A model generated the notes under the pieces. That model worked only from the letters and a program-made list of their open reading frames with translations. It made no database searches and was not told the origin of the DNA. Below are positions 29,111 through 37,695 of a stretch of 64,000 nt of DNA, piece after piece; within the stretch, counting starts at the first letter, position 1, and each line of letters starts with the position of its first letter. Source of the stretch: a virus (taxonomy: Duplodnaviria > Caudoviricetes); the IMG/VR virus record IMGVR_UViG_3300020576_006344, positions 1 to 64,000 of that record; one strand, given 5' to 3'. A program made the translations under genes and the position numbers.

Positions 29111-29661
29111 GGAAAGACGTGTTTATCGTAGTGATGTTGGATTGCGTTGTAGACGAACAGGATCTCTGTGAGGCTCACAGGGCGGAAGTGCCAAGCATCA
29201 ACACCCACGTTGATCATGTTGGGCTGTACCTTCCATAGCCCGTGGATGTGGCCCACGATACTGAGCGCGTGTGGCATGCCCGCCGAATGCTTTGCCCCGT
29301 TCGCAGGATAGTGGTTCAGATACATCAGAACCCCTTCGAATTGACGAAGCATGGAGTCGAACACCTGTCCATTGAACGCCGCGTGCAACAGCGGCATCTT
29401 CTCCGGCACGTCAACATCGTAGTTGCCCAAGATGAGCGTACGGTTCTTGCACTTGATGCGGTCCATGAAGGAGATGCCTTCAACCGTATAGGCTACGTCG
29501 CCCAAATGGTATAACTCATCATTCTCTCCAACCACCTCGTTGATACGCTCCACCATGGTCTCATTCTGCTCTTCCACCGACTTGAACGGGCGGAAGAACG
29601 GATTGAAAGCAGGCGTGATGCGGGTCTCGCCCCAATGGGTATCACTAAGAAAGTAGGTCAT
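29071..29661 (-). CDS. Calcineurin-like metallophosphoesterase
   Basis: SDTHWG, HLGD, LGNYD, HYP, GHIH, INVGVD. ATG overlaps the LAGLIDADG stop (ATGA). Confidence 0.88.
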   Translation of the reverse strand: MTYFLSDTHWGETRITPAFNPFFRPFKSVEEQNETMVERINEVVGENDELYHLGDVAYTVEGISFMDRIKCKNRTLILGNYDVDVPEKMPLLHAAFNGQVFDSMLRQFEGVLMYLNHYPANGAKHSAGMPHALSIVGHIHGLWKVQPNMINVGVDAWHFRPVSLTEILFVYNAIQHHYDKHVFPCCEPSTLTKVSP

Positions 29662-30473
29662 GTTGATTGTTGGATTTTTTGCCAAACCCTAATGTATCCA
29701 AGCCTTTTTATGATGAGGGTGACACCGCTCTGCGATAGTCCCATTGCCTTCGCTATAAATCCGTTAGACCTGTTTTCTTCTAACATGGTTCGAATCTTAT
29801 CTTCGTCTACTCTCGATTTTTCGTACTTGCCAATGTACGACAAATCTATCTTATCCCATTTGCGTACCAACAATGGTAGTCCAAGTTTCAAGATTGCTGT
29901 CTTTAGTTGCTTTAGTGTTTGGGTGTTGCCAATGCAAAGTTCAGCATATCCTTGATTGTTCAATTTGGGCCGCCCCCTTTCGTGTGCGATTTTCAAGTGA
30001 GTATAGATGAAGTCGTTCATGATGGAGACATTGTTGAGCCAACTGCCATGACACTTGATTCTAAGATGAAAGTCCATTCTATTCTGAAGCCTTCCAATAC
30101 TGCCGTCGCCATCTATGAATCCACATATGAATGACAAGAACAGGTCTCCCTTGGTTGTTAACCAGTCCAAGGATGGTGGATTTTCAGTTTTGTTGGAGAC
30201 AATGCCGTACTTCTTTCTTATTTCGTCTATAACAGGTTTGTTTGAGGCTGAAATCTTACAATTGGGATATCCATCGTTGGACCCATCGAATATGCGATCA
30301 ATCGACAGGTAGTTTTGTAGTCTAACCAGATGGGGTCTGTCTTTTGCCGCCAAGGTCACTTTCAATTCATGGTTCTTGTTGATGGTTCCATCCGCCATGA
30401 TGAATCCCATCCAGTAGTACGCCTCATTCGTTTCTTCTAGTAGCTTGTGGAGTGAAGTTGTTTTCATGCCCAT
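29658..30473 (-). CDS. Free-standing LAGLIDADG homing endonuclease
   Basis: YWMGFIMADG and FICGFIDGDG motifs, C-terminal HTH, AT-richer than flanks. The frame extends to 30521 through a phosphoesterase-like stub. Confidence 0.88.
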   Translation of the reverse strand: MGMKTTSLHKLLEETNEAYYWMGFIMADGTINKNHELKVTLAAKDRPHLVRLQNYLSIDRIFDGSNDGYPNCKISASNKPVIDEIRKKYGIVSNKTENPPSLDWLTTKGDLFLSFICGFIDGDGSIGRLQNRMDFHLRIKCHGSWLNNVSIMNDFIYTHLKIAHERGRPKLNNQGYAELCIGNTQTLKQLKTAILKLGLPLLVRKWDKIDLSYIGKYEKSRVDEDKIRTMLEENRSNGFIAKAMGLSQSGVTLIIKRLGYIRVWQKIQQST

Positions 30474-30478
30474 AAATA
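30473..30478 (-). promoter_or_regulatory. TATTTA candidate late promoter
   Basis: Directly upstream of the LAGLIDADG starts at 30473/30467. Confidence 0.55.
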
Positions 30479-30517
30479 GAGGCATGTCAGCAAATTGCGT
30501 ATCAGATGTGAAGTACA

Positions 30518-31156
30518 TCACTTCTTTTTGGCCCTTTCACGGGCTTGTTTTTCGAGCAGTTCGATCTTCTTTTTGGTCCTTTCACGAGCCTGTTTTTCGA
30601 GCAGTTCGATGCGAGAGAGGACCTTCTCGGCCTTCTCCTTCAACTGATATACGTTGGTGGAGGTGTAATTGTTTCCCACCCCAACGCCTCTTGCTCTATC
30701 GGCTAAGCTCTTGACCCCTTTAACTGGCTCTGCACCAGAGAGGTACATCTTGTACATGGAAGCACCTCGTTCGATGCTGAACACCTGACGTTGCTCATGA
30801 AAGGCTTGCAGCACCCCTGTATTATCATACTGCCACTGGAACCGTTTGGTGGGCGCCTGAAGAGAGTCAAGCAAGGCCTTACGCTTCTCGGCGGCCTGCT
30901 CCTTTTTGTTCATCTCACGCATCCTCCTCTTTGCCATGGCCATCGACTCCGCAGTCTGTCTCTCGCTCTTGGCGAATGCCTCCTCCAGCTTCTTCTTGGC
31001 CCGACGCTTCACTTCGGCCTCCGCCTGCTCTTTCAGTGTTTTGGCCTGCTGCTCCTCATCGGCGACCTCGGTATTCTTGGTCTTCTTCTTGGCCTTCTTG
31101 GCGTCCATTTCGCCCTTGAGTATGTCGCCCAGCAATATGTCGAACAAGCTCTTCAT
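30518..31156 (-). CDS. Hypothetical K/E-rich protein
   Basis: 212-aa ORF, ATGA-coupled to Rad50, duplicated C-terminal 15-mer. Confidence 0.65.
   Translation of the reverse strand: MKSLFDILLGDILKGEMDAKKAKKKTKNTEVADEEQQAKTLKEQAEAEVKRRAKKKLEEAFAKSERQTAESMAMAKRRMREMNKKEQAAEKRKALLDSLQAPTKRFQWQYDNTGVLQAFHEQRQVFSIERGASMYKMYLSGAEPVKGVKSLADRARGVGVGNNYTSTNVYQLKEKAEKVLSRIELLEKQARERTKKKIELLEKQARERAKKK
30521..30610. repeat. Tandem 45-bp duplication (2 copies, 3 mismatches)
   Basis: 30521-30565 versus 30566-30610. Encodes IELLEKQARER(T/A)KKK twice. Confidence 0.9.
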
Positions 31157-33990
31157 CGGCGTACATGCAATCTGGTGACCCCGGCGCGCTCGTCCCGGTC
31201 GTGGGCGCTGTCCATTATGATGTTGCGGTCGCGGATGGCCTCTATCACATGATCGGCCCCCTCTTTCACTTCATCAAGGTGTGTGATGATGACCACGTTC
31301 TGGTACTTGCCCTTCAAGTACTCAAGCATGGTCATGATGTTCTCGCGTAGCTCATTGCCGAGCGTGCCGAAGCCTTCATCGATCATCATGATGGATGGCT
31401 GCACGATGGAGCGCTTGCTGACGTAGTTCAAAGCATCCTTGATGGCGATCGATGCGATGAACTGCTGGGAGCCGGACCCGCTGTTGAGCGGAAGCGCATC
31501 CCACTTGCTCTCGGTGTTGTAGAACAACTCCGTGATGTTGCCTTTCATGTCGATGGAGAACTCCATTTTGAATCCGACGATGGTCTGCAAGATGGAGTTG
31601 ATCTTGTTGTTGAGCATCGGAAGCCGCTTCTTGATCACCATGGCTGGTATCCCGCTGCGCTCCACGGCTTGCAGGTAGATGGAGTACAGCTTGTACATCT
31701 TGTCCCCGGTCTTCACCTCATTGAGCTTCTTGACCTTATCATCCATTGCATTGCCCAATAGGCGGACATCAGCGGCAAGGCTCATCAATTGGGTCTGTTG
31801 TCCATGCATGGACAGCTTGTAGGTCTTGATCAGTGCTTGCAGGGTTTCTATCTCCGCCTCCAGCAGCTTGTTGTTCGCCTTGGCTTGAACAACACTGTCG
31901 TACTTGGCGATCTTCTCATCCAACTTGACAAGTTCACGCTGGCCGAGTTCATGCGATATTTTCCACATCTTGACTTCCTGACGCTTGCGCTCGATGATGC
32001 GGTTCAATTCGATGAACTCCTTGTTCTTCTTGAAGTTCTCCATCTCCAACTTGATGGACTCGATGATCTTGCTGCGCGACTCCAAGGACACCTTCAGGGC
32101 ATCCAGTTGGACCTGCTTGGTGTCGAAGCTGCGGTTCCACTCTTTGACCGTGTTGAACGATTCGATGGATTGGCGATAGCGCGTGATCGCATTGTTGCCC
32201 TCGGTGATCAAGGCGTCCATGTCGGAAACGCCCTTGGGGTCCGGTTTGCTGATGGCCTGCTTGCACGTGGGGCAATCCTTGCCGAGGAAAGTCTGGCGTT
32301 TGTTCTGATAGTCCCGAAGATTCCGGTTCAACTCGTCTATGCGCGCCTGCGTAGCGGTGACATCAATGTTGGGCAGTTCCTTCTTGGGGTTGTCCTCCAA
32401 CCACTTCTTGTTCGTGAGGTACTTCTGCTTGTCGGTCGCGAACACAGAGCGGACCTCAGCGAGTTCGGCCTCCAATATCTCAGTGGTCCTCTTGGGGTCA
32501 ACCTCAAGTTCGCGCAGGACGTTCTTGTCGAGCCACTCATCATGGAGGTCAATGGCCGACTTGAGCGTCGTCTGGGAGGTGAGCTTCGTGGCGTGGTCGG
32601 CGATGATGGCGTCCTTGCTGTCGTACCCGAGGTCCTCCACTTTATGGAGACTCCGCGTGAGTTCCAGCACCTTGCTCTGTGCATCCTCCTGCTTTTGTGT
32701 CCACATCCGACGCTCCTCCTCAAGGGTCGACACCATCTTCTCCTTGTCCTCTATCTGTAACTTGAGGCTCTTGATGTCCAACTCTATGTCGACCGACTCA
32801 CCGAGCAGCTTCTGCTTTGTGCGAAGCTCATTGTATGGCTTCTTCACATATTCATGACGATCACGATAGGTGTGTAGATTTAGGTAGCGCGCAATGAGGT
32901 CATTCTTCTCCTGCTGCTCCAAGTTGAGGTATCCGTCCTTCTCGTTCTGGGCGTGCAGGCTGACCTTCATGAAGTCATCGTATGTTCCGAGCGCATCGGC
33001 TATCATGTTCTTCACCTCCGTGTTATCGGCGGTGGAGTTGTCAGACATGGTGTTGCACCACCTGTACTCCATGGCGCCATCGGGGCCCATGGCCTCGCGG
33101 AAGACCTCGAATTTGGTCGGATAGCTGTTGCTGGACTTTCCCTTGTGTACCTCCCGCGTGCTTCGGTATCGGATGCCGTCTATGTCGTAGGTGTTGCGGA
33201 CATAGCCTTTGTCGGATTTTGTGTAGATGTTGATCAAGTACTTCGCGTGCGCACCACCGATGATGTACTGGAACATGCCCCACACCACCGCCTTGATCAG
33301 GTTGGACTTGCCGCAATAGTTCTCGCCGAATATACCGGTGAGGCCACGCATGTGGTCCCAGTTGATGGTGGTGGGCTCCACAGGGAAGGAGAACACGTTG
33401 CTGACCTCCGTGGTCAACAGGGTATACCTCCTGTTCTCCTTGTGCGTCTGCTTGATGTCGATCTCCCGTTCCAGCTTGAGGGCGAACTCGATGATCTCCC
33501 GGCGCTCATCCTCATCGACGTCGAAGTCGTTCTCGTCGAGGAACATGTTGAACATGCGCTCGATGTCATTGGGATCGATCTCGTCTTGATCGACCTCCTC
33601 GGGATTGAGCGTCTGCTTGTCCAGTTCACGGAACTCCACGTGGATGCTCTCGCACCCATGTTTGTCCTTGACCAACTGCTTGATCTGATTGAGGCGTTCG
33701 ATCGAATAGCTCTCCTCGAAGTCCTCGTACACGATGTGGACCTTGGTCTTCCGCTTGTTGTGGCTGAACTGCAAGTGCGATAGGCGCTCCTCGATGTTCT
33801 CCCCGCGTGAGATGGTCATCTTGCACCACCCATAGTCGTTGGGGATCAGTCGGCGCTCGTTCGACACCTCCTGACCATCGATGTGCCACAGCAGGTAGCC
33901 CTTGTCAAGGGATTCTCCATACCCCTGCTGCAAAAGTGATCCTGAATAACCGGCAGACGGTATTTTTTTTCTGAGCTTAACGGTTGCCAT
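31153..33990 (-). CDS. sbcC: Rad50/SbcC-like ATPase with Mre11 C-terminal fragment fused at its N-terminus
   Basis: Walker A GENYCGKS, zinc hook CPTC, GSGSQ signature, IDEG, ITH. N-terminal YSGSLLQQGYGES..KGYLLW is an Mre11 motif. Confidence 0.9.
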   Translation of the reverse strand: MATVKLRKKIPSAGYSGSLLQQGYGESLDKGYLLWHIDGQEVSNERRLIPNDYGWCKMTISRGENIEERLSHLQFSHNKRKTKVHIVYEDFEESYSIERLNQIKQLVKDKHGCESIHVEFRELDKQTLNPEEVDQDEIDPNDIERMFNMFLDENDFDVDEDERREIIEFALKLEREIDIKQTHKENRRYTLLTTEVSNVFSFPVEPTTINWDHMRGLTGIFGENYCGKSNLIKAVVWGMFQYIIGGAHAKYLINIYTKSDKGYVRNTYDIDGIRYRSTREVHKGKSSNSYPTKFEVFREAMGPDGAMEYRWCNTMSDNSTADNTEVKNMIADALGTYDDFMKVSLHAQNEKDGYLNLEQQEKNDLIARYLNLHTYRDRHEYVKKPYNELRTKQKLLGESVDIELDIKSLKLQIEDKEKMVSTLEEERRMWTQKQEDAQSKVLELTRSLHKVEDLGYDSKDAIIADHATKLTSQTTLKSAIDLHDEWLDKNVLRELEVDPKRTTEILEAELAEVRSVFATDKQKYLTNKKWLEDNPKKELPNIDVTATQARIDELNRNLRDYQNKRQTFLGKDCPTCKQAISKPDPKGVSDMDALITEGNNAITRYRQSIESFNTVKEWNRSFDTKQVQLDALKVSLESRSKIIESIKLEMENFKKNKEFIELNRIIERKRQEVKMWKISHELGQRELVKLDEKIAKYDSVVQAKANNKLLEAEIETLQALIKTYKLSMHGQQTQLMSLAADVRLLGNAMDDKVKKLNEVKTGDKMYKLYSIYLQAVERSGIPAMVIKKRLPMLNNKINSILQTIVGFKMEFSIDMKGNITELFYNTESKWDALPLNSGSGSQQFIASIAIKDALNYVSKRSIVQPSIMMIDEGFGTLGNELRENIMTMLEYLKGKYQNVVIITHLDEVKEGADHVIEAIRDRNIIMDSAHDRDERAGVTRLHVRR

Positions 33991-33993
33991 GAT

Positions 33994-34731
33994 TCAGACA
34001 GCCACTCTGGCCGTTACGGGTTCCCATCCTTCTTGGATGTATTGCTGTACGTCCTCCTCATCCACTTCGATGAAGTGATCGCGCTCGAATGTCTGGTGCT
34101 CATGGATGTCGCCCATGAGGACAGCGTCGAATCCGGCGAACGTCGATAGCTTCACAAGTTCATCGCCGGAGGCATCGTAGCCGTTGTCCATCTTGCAGCC
34201 GTAGAGCATGCCATGCCACAAGGCCACATAGGTCTTGCCGGGCTCCTTGTTCTCCAACTTCAGCAACTTGTTGTCCTTACAGGAGAACACCCCATACACC
34301 AGTTTGTCGCTGATGTCGAAGAAACCCGTGTTGGGGAAGTAGTAGATGGCCCTGCGGCTGAAGTCGATTAGGGATTTGTTCTCATCGGTGACCACTACGG
34401 CCTTGTCCTCCCTTCCAAGGCGACGCGCTATCTCGAATATGGGCGATAGCGCGTCGCCTTGCTCCAGTTGCTTGAGGTTCAGGTCATGATTGCCAAGAAT
34501 GACATCCGTGGGCGCTATCTCAGCGAGTTCGAACATGAACTTGGATACCAAGTCAATGGAGGATGGCGACAGCTTCACCTTGTCATGGAAGATGTCGCCC
34601 GCCAGTACAATGCGATCGGGTCGGCGCTCAGCGAGGTCTTTGAGTGTTCTGGTGAACACCGTCTGGAACTCATCGTGCCTCTTACCGTACCGTACCTGAA
34701 TGTCAGCTATGTGGGCTATGGAGACGCTCAT
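33994..34731 (-). CDS. sbcD: Mre11/SbcD-like nuclease, N-terminal part
   Basis: IAHIADIQ, LAGDIFH, LGNHD, WHG, MGDIHEHQ. Ends before the YxGS motif. Confidence 0.88.
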   Translation of the reverse strand: MSVSIAHIADIQVRYGKRHDEFQTVFTRTLKDLAERRPDRIVLAGDIFHDKVKLSPSSIDLVSKFMFELAEIAPTDVILGNHDLNLKQLEQGDALSPIFEIARRLGREDKAVVVTDENKSLIDFSRRAIYYFPNTGFFDISDKLVYGVFSCKDNKLLKLENKEPGKTYVALWHGMLYGCKMDNGYDASGDELVKLSTFAGFDAVLMGDIHEHQTFERDHFIEVDEEDVQQYIQEGWEPVTARVAV

Positions 34732-34737
34732 CAACCG

Positions 34738-34745
34738 CAAACGTA
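34738..34745 (-). promoter_or_regulatory. Bacteroidota-type -7 box TACGTTTG
   Basis: Matches TAnnTTTG, 6 nt upstream of ATG 34731. Confidence 0.45.
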
Positions 34746-34774
34746 CACATTTTTATGCGTACGCTATCATAAGT

Positions 34775-35383
34775 TCACTGAGAAGACTGATTCGCTTCCA
34801 GAAGCTCCTCCTGCTTGATGACGTTCAGGATGTGGCACGTCCCCACGATGTAGGCGTCTACCATGTCGTAGCTCTCGTCGATGAGTTTGCGACTCTTGGG
34901 TCCATACTGCCAGTTGATCTGGGGTTCCATGCGGGACACCCTCTTCCAAACCTCTTGCTTGGCGCTGGTCTCACTGGACTTCGGCAATCCCGGCAGGACC
35001 GTGCTGCGAGCGTGGTTCACATTGTAATGGACCGGTTTGACCCCGAACAAGCGGAAACACCTGTCACTGATGATGCCGTTGAAGAAGTTGAGCAGGCCTA
35101 TGGTGGCTGCTGAGCTATGCTTCCCCTGCACGCGGAGCAAAGGTTCTTCGATGGCCACGAACTGGACCTTCACGGGCTCGCCTTCGATGACAAGCTCATT
35201 GATATAGGACACCTTCTTCTCGAAGAGGTCGGCCTTCTCAAAGAGGTCCTGCTCCTTGTTGGACCCGAACTTGATGTAGTCCATCGAGAGCAGGTCGCCG
35301 TTCTCATTGAACAGGCATATGCCGATGACGGAAGTGGATACGTCCAGCGCGAGAGTGGTCTTGTTTATCATGGGTGTTCCCAT
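34775..35383 (-). CDS. RuvC-like Holliday junction resolvase
   Basis: LALDVSTSVIG, AIEE, K..VW, DMVDAY RNase-H-fold acidic residues. Confidence 0.8.
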   Translation of the reverse strand: MGTPMINKTTLALDVSTSVIGICLFNENGDLLSMDYIKFGSNKEQDLFEKADLFEKKVSYINELVIEGEPVKVQFVAIEEPLLRVQGKHSSAATIGLLNFFNGIISDRCFRLFGVKPVHYNVNHARSTVLPGLPKSSETSAKQEVWKRVSRMEPQINWQYGPKSRKLIDESYDMVDAYIVGTCHILNVIKQEELLEANQSSQ

Positions 35384-35427
35384 GAAATATCAACAAAAAC
35401 GACCCGGAAATCAAGTCGCTGCCGACC

Positions 35428-36513
35428 TTACACGTCTATCTGCAAGGAGAACGTGAGCACGCCCGTGTATCCCTTGAGCTTTGGTCGGTCCAACTTGGCG
35501 ATGGCGATTAGCTCATCGTTGCGGTTGTACAGGCCTATCTCCGTGACGTAGGTGTCGGTGTAGTTGTTCGACCCAAGCTGGTACTCGCTCAGGTTCGCAT
35601 CAAAGTCCCATGTGGGGTTGCTGCTGAAGTAGAACTCGCCCGGAAGCGCGGTTGTTACGACGGTCGTCTTGTACTCCACGTCAATGTCGTAGAAGGTGAT
35701 ACCACAGCCGTTCCCGGAGAAGACGATGTTGGTGGTGTCACCACCGACGTTGTTGGTGACGGTGGCCCTGACCATCTGTCCTTGTGTCCATGTGATGGCT
35801 GTCACGATAGCGGGGTGCGTGATCACCACGAAGCCCTTATCCAAGGCTATGAACCCGATGGGTATGTCGTAATTGTATCCTTGGTTGGTGTTGGTGGGAT
35901 ACGTATATGGCATGACGACCGCCCGATTGATCGATGCGTTGGTACGCTGGTCGGTGTACACGTCGTTCGCTTGCAAGTTCTGGTAGGACACGGCCGCTGG
36001 TCTGTCCAGATAACTGCTTGCTGACCAACTTGTGACCGTAGCTCTGCTGACGGAACCACCATCCGTTGTACCGGTGTATGGACGATTGATGGTGTCAGCG
36101 AACAAGAAAGCTATGTTCTTGCCAAGCAGGGCATTGTCCTCCGACTTGGCCAAGACGTTATAGGTGGACGACAAGCATGTTACGCCATTGGGAGTAACAA
36201 GAACGACCGAGCGTCCATCGATCATCTCATTGTAGTGGTCGGGATGGATGGATGCCAGCAGGAATGAGCCGGTATTGAGTTGCTGAAGCTCGGGATAGGC
36301 GAGCGAAAGCGTAGAGGCGCTTGAGAACGCATCACGCTCGAATGGAAGATTGAAAGAAGACGTGTAGTTCGTCTCCCACGCTGTCAGGTCGGTACGCGTT
36401 ACCAAGGTCCACAAGAGCCCTGTGAGGCTCGCGGTGTTCACCGTAACGGGCGCCAATGTCTCTTTTCTCGTGGAGATGACACTTTGTACTGGCTTATGGA
36501 AATTGCTTGGCAT
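35428..36513 (-). CDS. Tail/baseplate structural protein
   Basis: C-terminal YVTEIGLYNRNDELIAIAKLDRPKLK motif typical of phage tail-collar/baseplate proteins. Confidence 0.65.
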   Translation of the reverse strand: MPSNFHKPVQSVISTRKETLAPVTVNTASLTGLLWTLVTRTDLTAWETNYTSSFNLPFERDAFSSASTLSLAYPELQQLNTGSFLLASIHPDHYNEMIDGRSVVLVTPNGVTCLSSTYNVLAKSEDNALLGKNIAFLFADTINRPYTGTTDGGSVSRATVTSWSASSYLDRPAAVSYQNLQANDVYTDQRTNASINRAVVMPYTYPTNTNQGYNYDIPIGFIALDKGFVVITHPAIVTAITWTQGQMVRATVTNNVGGDTTNIVFSGNGCGITFYDIDVEYKTTVVTTALPGEFYFSSNPTWDFDANLSEYQLGSNNYTDTYVTEIGLYNRNDELIAIAKLDRPKLKGYTGVLTFSLQIDV

Positions 36514-37136
36514 TACCTGACGGTGTTAATGTTGTTGACGTTACCGCTCGTGTTGGTGTTGTTGGGGTTGTTTGGCCCGAACGTCACATTGCCATTGTTC
36601 ATCTCAACAATGTTGCTGTTGTTATTGCTGTTGTTGCCAACATTGGCACCACGATAGTTGAACCTTATTTCGAAGCTCACTGCATTGTTTGCCTGAGCGG
36701 TATCTGAGCCGTAACCGGTAAAGCTCAATTTGCGATAGCGGATAACACCGGAGGTCGATGGCGCTCTACCGTTGTCGATCCACTTCTTCATGGCCGTCAC
36801 GTATGCCGCTGGCACGCGCTGCATATAGTCTTTATACCCATCGTCATAGGTGTTGTTCTTGGTGCAGAACGTCACATACATGGTCTTGTTGACCAACGCA
36901 TTGTTGCTAGAAGTGTTGGGGTAGTGCAGCTTGATGAAGAACGAACCTTCTCCGGTCTCCGTAGTCAATGGAATGACGGCCTTGTCTCCCGTCCTGAGGC
37001 GTGTGATGCGTATTCCCTGAGCGTAGGGACCGAAAACTTGGAATGGCTCATTTATCACGTTGCCATTCGTGCTGTTCACAGTGGCGAAGATGATACGCCT
37101 GTTCAATATGGTCGATGGTGCGGGATTCGTTGCCAT
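36513..37136 (-). CDS. Probable structural protein with Asn-rich tail
   Basis: TAATG-coupled on both sides within a late operon. Confidence 0.6.
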   Translation of the reverse strand: MATNPAPSTILNRRIIFATVNSTNGNVINEPFQVFGPYAQGIRITRLRTGDKAVIPLTTETGEGSFFIKLHYPNTSSNNALVNKTMYVTFCTKNNTYDDGYKDYMQRVPAAYVTAMKKWIDNGRAPSTSGVIRYRKLSFTGYGSDTAQANNAVSFEIRFNYRGANVGNNSNNNSNIVEMNNGNVTFGPNNPNNTNTSGNVNNINTVR

Positions 37137-37663
37137 TATCTTACTGGATCAATGTTGGTGACATTGCCACCTGTGTTATTGTTGCCGTTGTTCAGAACGG
37201 AAACCACGTTGCCACCGGGGTCTAGGGTCACCAGCGGACGGTTATTTCCTCCACCGCCGCCTCCGCCGCCTGTGTTGCCATCCACGCCAACCGGTATGTC
37301 TCCATCGTTAAGATTGACGTTCACGTTGAGGATGTTCCCGTTCGCGTCAGTTGTATAATCGATGTTGTTGCCTACGACTTGATCGAAGTTCTCGAAGAAC
37401 AGAAGATTCCTCTGTTCGTAGTCCAAGGCTGTCTTCAAACAACTGTCGTACGTTCCGCTCAGGTCCGGTACTCCTCCTTCCGGAAGGACCTCCGAGGTGA
37501 GATAGTTCACATCCGGGTCGCCCAGAGTGAAGGTCTTGATCTCGAAAAGGTCTTGACCCAAGTTGTTGAATCGTATGTTCCCGTTGTTGAACAGGTACTC
37601 CCTGCCTCTACCGGTAAGATAGGCTCTCGCGTATATTGTCGATGCTGAAGCTAGGTAACCCAT
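37136..37663 (-). CDS. Probable structural protein
   Basis: MGYL...LTGRGR...FTLGDPDVNY, N/G-rich tail. Confidence 0.65.
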   Translation of the reverse strand: MGYLASASTIYARAYLTGRGREYLFNNGNIRFNNLGQDLFEIKTFTLGDPDVNYLTSEVLPEGGVPDLSGTYDSCLKTALDYEQRNLLFFENFDQVVGNNIDYTTDANGNILNVNVNLNDGDIPVGVDGNTGGGGGGGGNNRPLVTLDPGGNVVSVLNNGNNNTGGNVTNIDPVR

Positions 37664-37680
37664 ACTTGTCGCGTTTTTCT

Positions 37681-37686
37681 TAAATA
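37681..37686 (-). promoter_or_regulatory. TATTTA candidate late promoter
   Basis: 17 nt upstream of ATG 37663. Confidence 0.6.
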
Positions 37687-37695
37687 GCTATGGTG

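Noticed and set aside
29658-30500. Group I intron around the LAGLIDADG gene
   Set aside because: There is no non-coding space for a ribozyme core, and the downstream gene has its own coupled start.
33988-33996. Genome-wide stop-codon reassignment (TGA or TAG) to explain the in-frame Mre11/Rad50 junction
   Set aside because: TGA, TAG and TAA all end genes cleanly here, with many ATGA/TGATG couplings, and genes are not fragmented under the standard code.
33940-34090. Split intein joining Mre11 and Rad50
   Set aside because: No Cys/Ser-initiated N-intein of adequate length and no His-Asn/nucleophile C-terminal junction.
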